Shown here: positions 63,241 to 64,000 of the stretch, one piece after another
How the letters are laid out: each line of letters starts with the position of its first letter
Position numbering within the stretch: position 1 is the stretch's first letter
Source of the DNA: Epiperipatus broadwayi
Taxonomy: Eukaryota > Animalia > Onychophora
Direction of reading: 5' to 3'
Assembly (NCBI GenBank): GCA_028023455.1
Contig: JAQFVV010000006.1
Location: 15,438,001 to 15,502,000 of the forward strand
Length of the DNA stretch: 64,000 nucleotides
The notes under the pieces: generated by a model
What the model saw: only the letters and a program-made list of their open reading frames with translations
Database searches by the model: none
What the model was told of the DNA's origin: nothing
Made by a program: the position numbers and the translations under genes

Positions 63241-64000
63241 CTAAATGATTAATAAGACTTCAAATTTTATATTTATTGTCTCACAAGTAATCTTACTTTT
63301 TTTATTAAAATTCTGTTTCCCATTGTGATTTTTTATTTAACTTTTACATCCACACACACAATTAATGATTGACTTATTATTCCAACATGTTGAGTATAAA
63401 ACTTATTTTCAATTATATCACACAAATCACGATGTAATTAAAAGTTTACTACACATTAAATGGAACGATTAAGCATTTATGTTTTTGATATTTATAGCAT
63501 TTTATGTTATTAAATATATATTATATAACCAAATGACATCGTTTGATTTCAATTCAGTCGTATAGTTTTTATTTTATGCACATAGCTTTTTAATTCATAA
63601 ACTTTTACATTAGGAAATATGATCATATTTGGAGCAGATATTTCAAATTGCTGTATCTAAATAATGTGGAAAGTCTCATGGCTTTAGTGGTTGTCTTTGC
63701 GTGTGCGTTGCACTTACATGGATTTATAGGTCAAATATTATTCTGAATCTCATGTCTTAGAGTCTTTTCATATTAAGAAATTTTACAAACTTAAATAAAG
63801 TCCTTCAACTAACGATTATGAAAAAAGGGAAAATGCTTATTTGCAAAAATGATTAATTAAAGAAAAAATAAATTTAAAATCATTAATTATGTTTATAAAT
63901 ACATATAAGGCTTTAATCTTAATATTAGGTGCCTTTTGGGTGCTTAATTTTTACCACGAGAGTGACCTCTACAAATTTTAACACAAGATTACAACTTTAT

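Overview
AT-rich, repeat-dense eukaryotic DNA, most likely from an arthropod (species not determinable from the sequence). The main gene is a + strand Set1/SETD1 H3K4 methyltransferase. Eight phase-consistent coding exons (21099-62112, 645 codons) run from the conserved MPSFK region through the S/E-rich tract, N-SET, WIN motif and RxxxRR helix. The N-terminal exons and the SET domain lie outside the window. One intron (49009-56048) is a 7-kb U12-type AT-AC intron. The rest is transposon-derived. It includes an internally deleted Ty3/Gypsy element (two ~2-kb LTRs, tRNA-Lys PBS, PPT, 4-bp TSD), two Merlin-like elements, two hAT elements sharing one target site (one SPIN/URR1-like), RTE and mariner fragments, and tRNA-derived SINEs. 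About 15 fold-back elements are also present. Many carry minimal type I hammerhead-ribozyme motifs with C3:G8, U3:A8 or A3:U8 cores, and three enclose the C-terminus of a Penelope-type GIY-YIG endonuclease. One palindrome joins a tRNA-like Pol III head to a hammerhead-like tail and is a candidate Penelope-mobilised SINE. All calls were made by eye; no searches or folding programs were run.
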